Part shown: positions 47,887 through 57,495 of the stretch, piece after piece
Position numbering within the stretch: the stretch's first letter is position 1
Layout of the letters: each line of letters begins with the position of its first letter
Virus record (IMG/VR): IMGVR_UViG_2675903591_000001
Coordinates: 5,429 to 69,428 of that record
Reading direction: 5' to 3' (one strand)
DNA from: a virus
DNA length: 64,000 nt
Program-made: the position numbers and the translations under genes
Notes under the pieces: model-generated
Told to the model about the DNA's origin: nothing
Database searches by the model: none
Seen by the model: the letters and a program-made list of their open reading frames with translations, nothing else

Positions 47887-48972
47887 ATGACAAGTTTACT
47901 CAACAAACCTTTCACTAATGGCCTGGCGACGGATTACACATACCGTTCAGTAATTAGCCGGGTTCAATCAGAAGGCATGGCCTCTGGCGACAGAACTGGA
48001 ACCGGCACAAAAGGAACCTGTTTCTTAGCAACCGATTACCTGCTGACTGGTGCATCAGTGCCACTTGTTTCCAGCAAAAAAACCAACCTCAAACCTCTTC
48101 TGGTTGAGCTGGAGTGGTATCTCAAAGGCACTGGCAATATCGGCTTCCTGAAAGAGCATGGCGTCAAAATCTGGGACGCATGGGCCGATGAGAACGATGA
48201 CCTCGGGCCGGTCTACGGAAAGCAATGGCGCAGCCTGGAAGACACCCGGATTATCCTTAGCAGCGATCTACAAAAATATCTTGAGCGCGGTTACTTGCTT
48301 GAAACTGAAATCGACGACAAACGTTCCCTTGTCACCAGAAACGTTGACCAGTTGGCGCGTATCGTTAACACGCTTCGCACTAACCCATCCGATCGCCGAA
48401 TGCTGATGAGTGCATGGAACGTGGCTCAGCTGGAAGACATGGCACTGCCACCTTGCCACTTTGCGTTTTACGTGTGGAGTCGTGAGCTGGATTTCCCAAC
48501 CCGTTTGTCGATGGCGAGTGATGTCGGCCGGACGCACTCTCAGTACGGGCATGAAAGCATGTATAGCCGCCTGCTTGAGCTGCTGGATTCTGGCACTGAG
48601 ATTAATGACGAGCTGATGGACAGCCTGGGTATTCCAAAGCGAGTTCTTTGCTCTACGGTAATGCAGCGCAGCGTTGATGTGTTTGTCGGTATGCCTTTCA
48701 ACATTGCTGGGTACGGCATCCTGACTCACTTCATTGCCCAAATTACCGGACACATGGCCGCGTCTCTGACTCATTACGGATGTGACGTCCATCTCTATGA
48801 CAATCACCAAGAGGCGGTTGAAGAACTTCAGGCGCGCGAGATCCCCAAAAGCTCTGACCCGGTGGTCATCCTTCCCGAAGCATGGGAAGAGATTGACGAT
48901 TTCCGCTGGGATGGCGTCGTGGTTGAAGGCTATGAACCACTGCCATGGATCAAGGTTCCGGTGGCGGTGTAG
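47887..48972 (+). CDS. thyA: thymidylate synthase (ThyA-like; a dCMP/dUMP hydroxymethylase-type paralogue cannot be excluded)
   Basis: RRMLMSAWNVAQLEDMALPPCHFAFYVW contains the ThyA SAWNP and PPCH catalytic Cys motifs. Confidence 0.75.
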   Translation: MTSLLNKPFTNGLATDYTYRSVISRVQSEGMASGDRTGTGTKGTCFLATDYLLTGASVPLVSSKKTNLKPLLVELEWYLKGTGNIGFLKEHGVKIWDAWADENDDLGPVYGKQWRSLEDTRIILSSDLQKYLERGYLLETEIDDKRSLVTRNVDQLARIVNTLRTNPSDRRMLMSAWNVAQLEDMALPPCHFAFYVWSRELDFPTRLSMASDVGRTHSQYGHESMYSRLLELLDSGTEINDELMDSLGIPKRVLCSTVMQRSVDVFVGMPFNIAGYGILTHFIAQITGHMAASLTHYGCDVHLYDNHQEAVEELQAREIPKSSDPVVILPEAWEEIDDFRWDGVVVEGYEPLPWIKVPVAV

Positions 48973-49391
48973 CAATGGCCAGGGGAATGATTGTTTTTTG
49001 TGAGATCGACAATGTTTTGGCTGAGGTAAATCACCGCAGCTCATTGTCGGCCGAGGATGATCGTCTGGTAATGGGCGATGGTCTTATCTTCCCCACCAGT
49101 CGAATGCTCCGGGGCTTCATGCGCTCCGGGGCAGAGATTGCTTTGGTTTCAAATCGCTCAGCCAAATTGAGTGAGGCTACGAAGCAATGGCTAAAAGGGG
49201 CTGGCATTGATTACGACTGGCTTTACTTCGGCGGAATGACGCCCAAGTACGGAGCTTTTTTGAAAAAGACTTTGCAGGAGCATCGGGTCGATCGACTTAT
49301 TGCAGCGGTAGGCGCCAGCCAAGAGTTTGTCAGCGTAATGGCAAGCCACCCAAACCGCCCTGTTTGTTATGTCGTCCGAAAGGGAGAGTGA
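48945..49391 (+). CDS. HAD-like phosphatase (possible nucleotidase)
   Basis: motif I FCEIDNVLA (DxDx[VT]); small; sits inside the nucleotide metabolism cluster. Confidence 0.35.
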   Translation: MDQGSGGGVAMARGMIVFCEIDNVLAEVNHRSSLSAEDDRLVMGDGLIFPTSRMLRGFMRSGAEIALVSNRSAKLSEATKQWLKGAGIDYDWLYFGGMTPKYGAFLKKTLQEHRVDRLIAAVGASQEFVSVMASHPNRPVCYVVRKGE

Positions 49392-49393
49392 CC

Positions 49394-49897
49394 ATGTTTA
49401 TGATTGCTGCGGTGGCCAAGAACGGCGCCATCGGAAAAGGGAATCAGCTGCCATGGCGCAGCAAAGAAGATCTGCAAATTTTCAAGCGCATGACGACCGG
49501 TAAGATTGTTGTTATGGGGCGTAAAACAGCGGAAAGCCTGGGTAAGCCACTGCCTGACCGTGTCAACGTTGTTATCAGCCGTGATGCAGCTCGTGTACCG
49601 GCTGGATTCGCCCATCTCAGAGGTATGTCAGATGTGGCGAAGCTGTCGGTCTATTCAAACTGCGAGGTGGCCATCATTGGTGGAGCTGAGGTCTATCGAC
49701 TCGCCATGCCATACGTCTATCGTGTTTATCTGACGCACCTTGATGTTGAAGTGCCCGATGCAGATACCTTTTTCCCCATGGAAGAAATGGCCGCCGCAAA
49801 TCTGATTTCCCTTGAGACGTTAGTGGTGCAAGAGGAAACGGAAACAACGCCAGCCTTTAAACAAGTTGTTTATGGAGATAAAGAATGGATCGCATAG
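49394..49897 (+). CDS. folA: dihydrofolate reductase
   Basis: MIAAVAKNGAIGKGNQLPW...GRKT..S.G.PLP.R.NVVISR is the canonical DHFR signature. Confidence 0.85.
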   Translation: MFMIAAVAKNGAIGKGNQLPWRSKEDLQIFKRMTTGKIVVMGRKTAESLGKPLPDRVNVVISRDAARVPAGFAHLRGMSDVAKLSVYSNCEVAIIGGAEVYRLAMPYVYRVYLTHLDVEVPDADTFFPMEEMAAANLISLETLVVQEETETTPAFKQVVYGDKEWIA

Positions 49898-50520
49898 GTT
49901 TGGCTGGCGCCCAGGGAACGGGCAAAACGACTTTAGCCAAGCGTCTCGCACTTAAGTACGGTTACAAGTTTGTCGATGCTGGCGTTGGCGCGCTGATGAG
50001 TAAGCTAGGCGTTGTGGTTGGCAAAGAAATGCCTCTCTTCGAACGACTGCAGGTGCAGCTGGCCGTCGCAAACCACATTGCCGACAAATCCAATGGCTCA
50101 GGCAGTTTCGTAATGGATCGAACGCCAATTGACGTTATGGCCTACACCATCGACCTCTTCCACCAGGTTAATGATGATCGTTGTGTTTCGCTGTTTGATG
50201 AGATTCAACAGGTGTGTTCGCGAACCGCAATTGCGAACTACAACGTGATTGTTGGTTTGCGCCCGGGGATCGCGCTTTCTCAAGAGGACAAAGATCGAGA
50301 GCAGCGAGGCTCTCTCGACCCTTTGTATGTTCGCAGAATTGATGCGCTGGTGTGTGGCGAACTGAACAATCTCAACCTCTTTGAGAACAAGCGGAATCTT
50401 GCAGTCGGCTTTTTCCCGCCAACTTTAACGGATCTGGATGCGCGGATTACTTCATTTGGCCAATACATCCGAAACTCCGCAGAAGCACACAAGCGGCCAG
50501 TTGATAGCGCCTTGCACTAA
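49885..50520 (+). CDS. P-loop nucleotide/deoxynucleotide kinase
   Basis: Walker A GAQGTGKTT at the N-terminus; size and context fit a dNMP kinase. Confidence 0.55.
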   Translation: MDRIGLAGAQGTGKTTLAKRLALKYGYKFVDAGVGALMSKLGVVVGKEMPLFERLQVQLAVANHIADKSNGSGSFVMDRTPIDVMAYTIDLFHQVNDDRCVSLFDEIQQVCSRTAIANYNVIVGLRPGIALSQEDKDREQRGSLDPLYVRRIDALVCGELNNLNLFENKRNLAVGFFPPTLTDLDARITSFGQYIRNSAEAHKRPVDSALH

Positions 50521-50581
50521 ATGTTGAACCCCTCTCGTGGTGCGCAACAATACGCGCACCACATGATCACGGAATACAAGC

Positions 50582-51001
50582 ATGACCACCGACCTTCTCT
50601 TGCAGGATGAAATCGACCGGAAGACGGTTGAAGCGCTCGAACGAGTGGTGACCGAATTTGAGTCAAAACTTCTGACTGCTCGTGAGGCAAGAATTGCCAT
50701 CCGCGCAGTGTTTGAGAGTGTCCAGGGGCTGCTGACTGAATCCATCAGCGAAATTCTAAATCAGGTGATGACTCAGTTTGCTAACGAACCAGGCAAGCCC
50801 ATTTTTCCCATGCACCTGGCTATGCCAGGCGGCAACACTATTTTCATCAGCGTTGATCTCGACGACAAAACGATGCGTGTTCTAAACGTCACCACCGGTG
50901 CTGAACTGGCCAAGGTCGTGTGTGACACGCAGACCGAGACAATCAAAAAGGCAGCTGCGTTTGCCAAAAACGCCATTGTCAAAGGAGCTAAAAAATTATG
51001 A
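50582..51001 (+). CDS. hypothetical protein (139 aa)
   Basis: ORF. Confidence 0.45.
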   Translation: MTTDLLLQDEIDRKTVEALERVVTEFESKLLTAREARIAIRAVFESVQGLLTESISEILNQVMTQFANEPGKPIFPMHLAMPGGNTIFISVDLDDKTMRVLNVTTGAELAKVVCDTQTETIKKAAAFAKNAIVKGAKKL

Positions 51002-51540
51002 TCGCAACCGGGCTGGACATTGAATCAACTGGGCTGGACTTCCGCGGTGGCCATCGAGTCATCGAGATCGCCCTATCCTCCTACAACATCATCACCAAAG
51101 AGAAGATAGCAAGCCTGGAGATGCGCTTTAACCCGCGGCGAACCATCCAACCAGAAGCGCAAAAGGTGCATGGCATCTCATTAGAGATGCTGGCCACCGC
51201 TCCACTCTTTGAAGACAAAGCCCCTGAGCTTATCGCGATGTTGGACGCCAGCGACTTTTACATTGCTCACAATGGAGAAGGCTTTGATGGCCCGTTCCTG
51301 CAACATGAGTTCAATCTCTCTGGTCACACCATGCCAGACAAGCCCATGTTTGACACGATGTTAGAGGGGCTGTGGGCTACAGAAGATGGGAAGCGCCCTC
51401 GTCTGCAAGAGCTGGCTTTTGCGTTGGGGCTGGTCTATGACACGGAGAAAGCGCATAGCGCCCTCTACGATGTAGATCTGATGATGGAATGCTTCTTCCT
51501 TGCGCGCGAGAAATACGGTCTATTCCAACTATCTTTCTAA
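50998..51540 (+). CDS. DEDDh 3'-5' exonuclease (DnaQ-like)
   Basis: Exo I GLDIESTG, Exo II HNGEGFDGPFL and Exo III HSALYDVD. Confidence 0.75.
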   Translation: MIATGLDIESTGLDFRGGHRVIEIALSSYNIITKEKIASLEMRFNPRRTIQPEAQKVHGISLEMLATAPLFEDKAPELIAMLDASDFYIAHNGEGFDGPFLQHEFNLSGHTMPDKPMFDTMLEGLWATEDGKRPRLQELAFALGLVYDTEKAHSALYDVDLMMECFFLAREKYGLFQLSF

Positions 51541-51567
51541 CCTTGCACAATGGCCGCGCTAAGCGGC

Positions 51568-51957
51568 CTATTTACATGGGTAAATAGTAATAAAAGCTTT
51601 GAGAGCAGCAGCTTCAAGTGGACTATCTCCCATATTCTTTATGACACGTTGACCTTCTTCCCCCTTGAGGTAGCTTTGCAATGTCAACTCCAACATATCT
51701 CCATTAATAATTAAACTATTCGGTGTACAAAAAAGGGGCTTTTGATTAATGACGTCTGAGAAGGCATTTGAAGTATTAAAACCACTGGCGACACCGTTAA
51801 GGTATGCCTTGTAAATTTGCACATTACTATTCGTTACGCCTTTGGATGCAACTTCATGATATTTAAGGTAATCATTTACAGAAAAAATATTTGCTGAGGA
51901 TGAAATTGCAGGGAAGGAACAGAGGGCTGCAACCAAAAGAAATATTGTTTTTTTCAT
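51568..51957 (-). CDS. secreted periplasmic protein (129 aa), AT-rich - strand singleton
   Basis: Sec signal MKKTIFLLVAALCSFPAISSSA; reverse orientation; low GC. Confidence 0.5.
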   Translation of the reverse strand: MKKTIFLLVAALCSFPAISSSANIFSVNDYLKYHEVASKGVTNSNVQIYKAYLNGVASGFNTSNAFSDVINQKPLFCTPNSLIINGDMLELTLQSYLKGEEGQRVIKNMGDSPLEAAALKAFITIYPCK

Positions 51958-52117
51958 ACTTAAATTAAATTTTATAGAGAGGGGATAACTATGTTAAACC
52001 AACCTATGACGGTTTCAAAATATTTCTGAGCCTAACTTAATTGCTTTTTCCCCTAACTCAGTTTGGCAAAATAGTTGTCATCACGAAGTACATTTAAAAC
52101 AAAGAAAGGAAAAGCAC

Positions 52118-52921
52118 ATGTCCAACGCAGCCCAAACAAACGTTTCTGATCTCGATGCTCTGTCTGCGATCTTGGCATCCCTTGATGAAACCCCAGCCGC
52201 CGCTGACACTCAGATGAAAGGCATCGATTCTTTGCTCGATGAGCTGGAAACGAACGCAGCTGAAGCCGCCACATCGACACCAGAGAGCATCGCGGCAAAG
52301 ATCGAAAACGAATTACCGGTTACGACAGCTGCTGTTTCAGGTGATATGGAGCAGGTGATCATTGATTTAGAAGAGTCGAACACGGCCACACCGCCAGAGA
52401 AATCAACGGAGATTTTGGCTGGTGGCGAAGAGAATATTCTCCCGGTGATTGAAGAACCGGCAGCACCTGAAGTTCTGGAGGAAAAGCAACCTGAGCCTAA
52501 GCCTAAAAAAGCCAGCACACCTCGTGGTGCTCGATTCACCTTTGACGGTAAGGACGATGCCTTCTTTGAGAAAGCTGGCCTGCAGCGCGAGGATTTCATG
52601 AAGTGCTACAACGAGGCTCCAGTGAAGGCAATGGACAAAATTCAAAACATTATGCACTGGTTCAGTGGTGGCCCGGATCTGAGCGTGTATACCCGTATTT
52701 CGTTACACTCATTAATCGCTGACAAAACGGCCAGCAGCAATAGCCTCAAACTGGCTATGATGAGCTATCCAGAGAAGCCTTATCCAGTTGGCACTGCCTC
52801 CACTCAGGCTGGCCAAATGATGGCAGTATTTCCGGCGCTGGGTATCGCTGAGAAAGATGGGAAATCATTAACCCTTAATGCTGATTCTCCTATCGTCAAA
52901 AAGTTTATGGCGGAAGAATAA
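52118..52921 (+). CDS. acidic hypothetical protein (267 aa)
   Basis: GGAAAAGCACATG start; Glu/Ala-rich N-terminal half. Confidence 0.5.
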   Translation: MSNAAQTNVSDLDALSAILASLDETPAAADTQMKGIDSLLDELETNAAEAATSTPESIAAKIENELPVTTAAVSGDMEQVIIDLEESNTATPPEKSTEILAGGEENILPVIEEPAAPEVLEEKQPEPKPKKASTPRGARFTFDGKDDAFFEKAGLQREDFMKCYNEAPVKAMDKIQNIMHWFSGGPDLSVYTRISLHSLIADKTASSNSLKLAMMSYPEKPYPVGTASTQAGQMMAVFPALGIAEKDGKSLTLNADSPIVKKFMAEE

Positions 52922-53085
52922 AGAGACCATCTAAATTCGCCCACGGGAAGGACGCTGTGGGCTTAACGCAAATAAGCAATACAAACCCACCCACTTCGCG
53001 AGAAACGCTTCCCTCGCGCTTCCCTGAACGTATTTTTCATGCTGATATAGTCAAACAAAAACAATACCACTCTGGGGTAGAGGGA

Positions 53086-53481
53086 ATGACAACAGTAACC
53101 ACTGAGAAAGAACTCGCAGAAGCAATAAAATCTAACCAATCCACTATTACCATCACCGGCGATCTGTCTAAGAAAACATTAAAAATTCACGCGACAGGCT
53201 CAGTTGCATGGGCAGTCGTAGCCGCCAGTCTTATCGTGGCGGGTGGCGCAGCGTTTATAACCATGGGATCTGGTGGAACCGCGACCCCTGTTGCCGCCCC
53301 CACCGCTGCACTGGCAGGTGCTGGCGCAACGTCGGTGCTGGGAATTGGCGCTACCACGTCAGCCATCAGTGTGATCTTGGCCTCTGGGGGCGTAGCTGCT
53401 GGCATGAAAACTCTTAAGTCCCTTAGAAAATATAAAGTCGTCGAGAAATCAGAAGGTATGCTTGTCCTAAACCGTAGATAA
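53086..53481 (+). CDS. Gly/Ala-rich membrane protein
   Basis: long glycine-zipper-like hydrophobic segment. Confidence 0.45.
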   Translation: MTTVTTEKELAEAIKSNQSTITITGDLSKKTLKIHATGSVAWAVVAASLIVAGGAAFITMGSGGTATPVAAPTAALAGAGATSVLGIGATTSAISVILASGGVAAGMKTLKSLRKYKVVEKSEGMLVLNRR

Positions 53482-53537
53482 CATGAGGGCGCTTTGCGCC
53501 CTTATTGCATTGCTAACGGAAAAATAATTTGCGATCA

Positions 53538-53559
53538 TGTAGGTAGTTAACTACCTACA
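53538..53559. repeat. 22-bp perfect palindrome TGTAGGTAGTTAACTACCTACA, archetype of the TAGGTAGT-NN-ACTACCTA family
   Basis: perfect dyad directly abutting the GAGGA SD of the methyltransferase gene. Confidence 0.6.
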
Positions 53560-53569
53560 GAGGATTATC

Positions 53570-54184
53570 ATGATTGCCGCAGAGAAGATTAAAAAGCGCG
53601 AGCGTGACAAAGAGCTGCGCGACCTGTGGCGCACTCCGCGGTGGCTATTTGAGGCCATTCAGAAATACCTGGGCATACAGTTTAACGTTGACGTGGCTTG
53701 TGATGCCGGCAACGCGTTGCTGCCTGACTTTATAGGCAAGGAAAGAGACGCGCTTGTTTGTGAATGGGGCGAGCCAGGCACCAATGCTTTTCTCAATCCG
53801 CCGTATTCCAAGATTAGACCCTGGATAGAGGCAGCTAGGCGTGAGCAGCGTCGCGGCGTATCGACAGTAATGCTGATCCCCCAATCACTTGATACCGCCT
53901 GGTATGAGTTCGCCACTGAATCAGCTAATGAGACGGTGGTGCTGACCGGTGGGCGTGTAGCCTTTCTTGAACCAGACGTGGAGCTGGGGCTGGTAGAAGT
54001 ACGTGAAAACCCTGGTGGGAGTATGCTGGTGGTCTTCCGCGGCCACTGCCACCAAGCTGGGCACATTCTTCGCAAGGTTTCACTGCCAGTAATGAAAGAG
54101 CTGGGTGGTTATGATCCTTCAAAAGCAATCAGAAAGAAGCGCCCCTCCAAGAAGAAACAACCCACGTTGGAGCTGGCAGCTTAG
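53570..54184 (+). CDS. phage-type DNA N6-adenine methyltransferase (Dam-like)
   Basis: NPPYS catalytic motif; small size; layout of the phage_N6A_met family. Confidence 0.8.
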   Translation: MIAAEKIKKRERDKELRDLWRTPRWLFEAIQKYLGIQFNVDVACDAGNALLPDFIGKERDALVCEWGEPGTNAFLNPPYSKIRPWIEAARREQRRGVSTVMLIPQSLDTAWYEFATESANETVVLTGGRVAFLEPDVELGLVEVRENPGGSMLVVFRGHCHQAGHILRKVSLPVMKELGGYDPSKAIRKKRPSKKKQPTLELAA

Positions 54185-54363
54185 CACCACCACAAACCCA
54201 ATTTATCCAACCTGCTTCCGTATATTTATATACTGGTTAGTTATTTATAGAGAAGCAGGTCGGTCGTAAGCAAACCACCAGCCCTTGTCATACCTGGGTT
54301 TTTTGATAGATCACCTTCCCAGAAAAATTATGATCGCTGGACATCAATCAGAAGGAATTACAC

Positions 54364-54597
54364 ATGGCACACCCTACCAACGTAGTGGCACTGATCGACA
54401 CTGATTTTCTCGCCAATGCACGTCAGCTACTAAAAAGCCGCGATCAGTCATTCACGCTTTATGAGTGGGCGCTTAAGGCGATCCGCGGTGGGCAGCATAC
54501 AAATGAAGTTGAGCAGCTGATCGGCGAGTTAATCAACGAAGTTCATGGGCTGAATGTTCAACTTCACGGACGCACTGAGCAGAAAGCCACCGCTTAA
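54364..54597 (+). CDS. hypothetical small protein
   Basis: ORF. Confidence 0.4.
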   Translation: MAHPTNVVALIDTDFLANARQLLKSRDQSFTLYEWALKAIRGGQHTNEVEQLIGELINEVHGLNVQLHGRTEQKATA

Positions 54598-55203
54598 AAT
54601 AGTAACGTTGTTAAATAGCCATTTAGCTATTTACCGTCTGATCTACCAGTGCTAACATCCCGCCGTCATTTTTCGGAATGGCTCGGCAGATGGGTGGAGG
54701 ATTATGGCGCTGGCGTCTGCTTAAAGGAACCTGTTACCAGCGATCGAACCGGGACGCGAAAGCCGCTCGGGGAGAGGGAGAATCAAAGCAGGAGAGAAAA
54801 GGAGTCACTGTAGGTTGTCGAAACCAGACGAGTTCCAAGAGGTTGGTGTCTGGTGTTCCCCTCCTACAGTGAGGAAGGATCTTGATTCTGGGGTATTGCT
54901 GCCCACAACCTTCCTAACCGGGACTGGCATTGGATCTCGGTCATAGTTTCTGGCTATGATTTGCTCAGGTTAGCGTGGGATTTTCAACCCTGCTTCCCTG
55001 GGTGAATTATATCCAGAACACACAACCTCTCACTCCGTTCGAGGGAAACCTCACATTCGTTCGGTTTCTCACTTCTAAACCCATTCTGGGTAATGTATAT
55101 ATTTTTCAATTACTTACTTGTTTCGCGCGAGAAATTTCCAAATCTCCTTGATCTATTCCATTCATCATATATGATTTTGTTTATGGAAATTTTGGGGTGT
55201 TAC

Positions 55204-55794
55204 ATGAAAAAGTTAAACATTAGTGATCACATTTATACCAGGCTGGCTAAACACGCAGTTGGCTTTGAAACCCCTGAAAGCGTAATCGAACGACTGCTAG
55301 ATGCTTATGAAATTGTTCCGGGGCAGAAGCCGAAATTGACCTTCATACCTGAAAACGAAGAAGAATTTAAAGCAAGACTAGTTGAGTCTCGTCATGCTTA
55401 CGTCGAACTCAGAATGGAAGATGGCACGATTCAGGCCGGTGAATGGAGTGCTCATTCATTCAAAGAAAGCTCGAACTTAAGAGCGAATATCTGGTCGGGT
55501 TATCTTCGGAACTGGTCGAAAAGGGGAATCGTTGCAGCAACTTTTGAGGTCGTAATGTCCCCAAACAGTGAAGACAAAATAGTACAATCCGCCGAATTCG
55601 AAAAGTATGTAATTAACCAACACGCAAGTGGCTCCATTTCCGTTAAGGTTAACGATATGGATGCAAGACCAGTCAAACCAATGCTGAGGAAGATAGCTGA
55701 GGCACTCGATGTCAGCATCGTCAATTCAAACAACAATGATCTAAATACGCGCCAGCTTGGGGCATCCATTATCAAAGCTCTTACCCCCCTATGA
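55204..55794 (+). CDS. hypothetical protein (196 aa), AT-rich
   Basis: ORF after a 600-bp non-coding region; followed by the hairpin CCCCTATGAGGGGGTTTTT. Confidence 0.5.
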   Translation: MKKLNISDHIYTRLAKHAVGFETPESVIERLLDAYEIVPGQKPKLTFIPENEEEFKARLVESRHAYVELRMEDGTIQAGEWSAHSFKESSNLRANIWSGYLRNWSKRGIVAATFEVVMSPNSEDKIVQSAEFEKYVINQHASGSISVKVNDMDARPVKPMLRKIAEALDVSIVNSNNNDLNTRQLGASIIKALTPL

Positions 55795-55967
55795 GGGGGT
55801 TTTTAAACAATCATTTAATAAGTAGTTGACTACCTACATACAAAATATTAAATTAACCGCGTCAGGACGACGACGGCGCTGGTTTAGCGCTTGCTCCATG
55901 GACGGAGCACAAACACGGCTGGGTTCGCCCAGCCGTAACTCTTTGTGTCTCAAGAAGGGATTCGTTT

Positions 55968-56279
55968 GTGAACATGTTGTTGTCTTACGCAGACGTTTTG
56001 ACCGGCATTAAAACCGGCGCCTCCTTCGCACGTCAGAAATGGCCTGCCGACACATCCATACGACTCCGCACCGGGGTGATCAGCTCAAGCGAATACCAGA
56101 AAACTGAAGGCAAAGTGTTATTCGGCCTTCCACTCAACATTTTTGAAGTCCACCAGCCAGACGGTTACACCGTATTTCCTGGTTTAGAGATGGTTCTTCC
56201 TAATGGCAAGGTGGTTGATTACCTGGCTTCGATGATTGACCAGCTCGCCTGCGATTGGAAACGAGTGGAAACTAAATGA
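55968..56279 (+). CDS. hypothetical protein (103 aa)
   Basis: ORF. Confidence 0.4.
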   Translation: MNMLLSYADVLTGIKTGASFARQKWPADTSIRLRTGVISSSEYQKTEGKVLFGLPLNIFEVHQPDGYTVFPGLEMVLPNGKVVDYLASMIDQLACDWKRVETK

Positions 56280-56794
56280 TCAGCTATTTGTTCTTCAAGC
56301 GCCGCTTCGAGCGCCAGCTTCGGCAGATGGAAATCCGCATCCGTGAACTTGAGTCACGTTGCGATCGCCTGTCCGATGCTTTGGTTACGTTCGGCACCGC
56401 AGCCGGTGTACAGCATGTCGAGAAGCAACGTGGCCGTTCTGAAGTGGAGTTGTGGGGGTTGTCCGATCCGCCAGTATATCTAGGGAAGGAAAAATCTCAT
56501 GCAGCAGTACCAGCTTCGACGACTTCGACGCGCAGCGCAGCCCCTGTTAGTGATGTTAGCCATGTGCCTTTTGTGTACATCGATAACGACGATGTTCCAG
56601 CTCGCGCCAGCGTCTCTCAGAGTGCCAGCAGTTCGCACCATAGCAGCCCCGCAAGCAGTTGCTCCGTCAGCAGCAGTTCCAGCCACACCAGCCACCATTC
56701 TTCCCACGGGAGCCATAGTGGATTCGACCATGGCTGTGGAAGCTATGACTCAGGCAGTTCCTTCGATTCAGGTGGAACGATTGGCTTCGATTAA
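56276..56794 (+). CDS. hypothetical protein with a Ser/His-rich C-terminus
   Basis: ATGA-coupled; low-complexity tail. Confidence 0.4.
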   Translation: MISYLFFKRRFERQLRQMEIRIRELESRCDRLSDALVTFGTAAGVQHVEKQRGRSEVELWGLSDPPVYLGKEKSHAAVPASTTSTRSAAPVSDVSHVPFVYIDNDDVPARASVSQSASSSHHSSPASSCSVSSSSSHTSHHSSHGSHSGFDHGCGSYDSGSSFDSGGTIGFD

Positions 56795-56806
56795 AGGAGA
56801 CGCCTG

Positions 56807-56980
56807 ATGTGGTTCAAAGGCTTAGTGCTTTTTGGTTTTGTGGTGATTGTTTCGTGGATCACCAATCTCGTGAAGGTTTTCATGACTGACATCCCGGTGC
56901 CCCTCTGGGGAGGCAAAGAGATTGCCAGAGTAATCGGCATTTTCATTCCGCCCCTGGGTGCAGCGCTCGGATTCTTTTAG
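56807..56980 (+). CDS. small hydrophobic membrane protein (57 aa), not in the ORF track
   Basis: SD AAAGGAGA; two hydrophobic helices. Confidence 0.35.
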   Translation: MWFKGLVLFGFVVIVSWITNLVKVFMTDIPVPLWGGKEIARVIGIFIPPLGAALGFF

Positions 56981-57069
56981 CCCGTAACGTAGTGCTTTTA
57001 CCCCGTTTTGGGCGCGCTACGATATGACCACTTAGAAAACAAGTTGTTAAATAAACAAAGGAAAAACGC

Positions 57070-57495
57070 ATGTTTGGTTTGCTGAAAAAGAAAACCCGTA
57101 AAGCAGTAATCGAAGTTAAAAAAATGGAGAACCGCGACGCGGTTGAAGCGACTGTCTGGGGCGGTTACTACATTTCATATTTCGATGGCGACTGCTCACC
57201 AGCAGAAGTCGCTGTGCTTGAAAAGACCATGGCCGCAACTCCTTCATTTGCGCCTTTCGCTGGTGAGATCGCTCAGCTCAGCTCTAACGTGCGTCAGCAG
57301 TTCGAAGCAAGCGCGCGCCGGGCGGCGGCCCAAGCTCTTCGTAAGTTAGAAGATATTGCCGGCACTACGGATGCTGTGGACGTTCTGTGCCTGTGTATCG
57401 ATATTGCTGACAACGATGGCATTGGTGAAGATGAAATGAAAGCCCTGAAGAAGATTGCTCAGGCACTTCAGCTTTCACTCGATCCTTACCTCTGA
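57070..57495 (+). CDS. TerB-like domain protein
   Basis: IADNDGIGEDEMKALKKIA resembles the TerB ADG..D..E motif; low certainty. Confidence 0.4.
   Translation: MFGLLKKKTRKAVIEVKKMENRDAVEATVWGGYYISYFDGDCSPAEVAVLEKTMAATPSFAPFAGEIAQLSSNVRQQFEASARRAAAQALRKLEDIAGTTDAVDVLCLCIDIADNDGIGEDEMKALKKIAQALQLSLDPYL

Noticed and set aside
54678-54872. 64-aa ORF in the 54.6-55.2 kb non-coding region
   Set aside because: Low-complexity Gly/Arg-rich translation with no SD; more likely structured RNA or spacer
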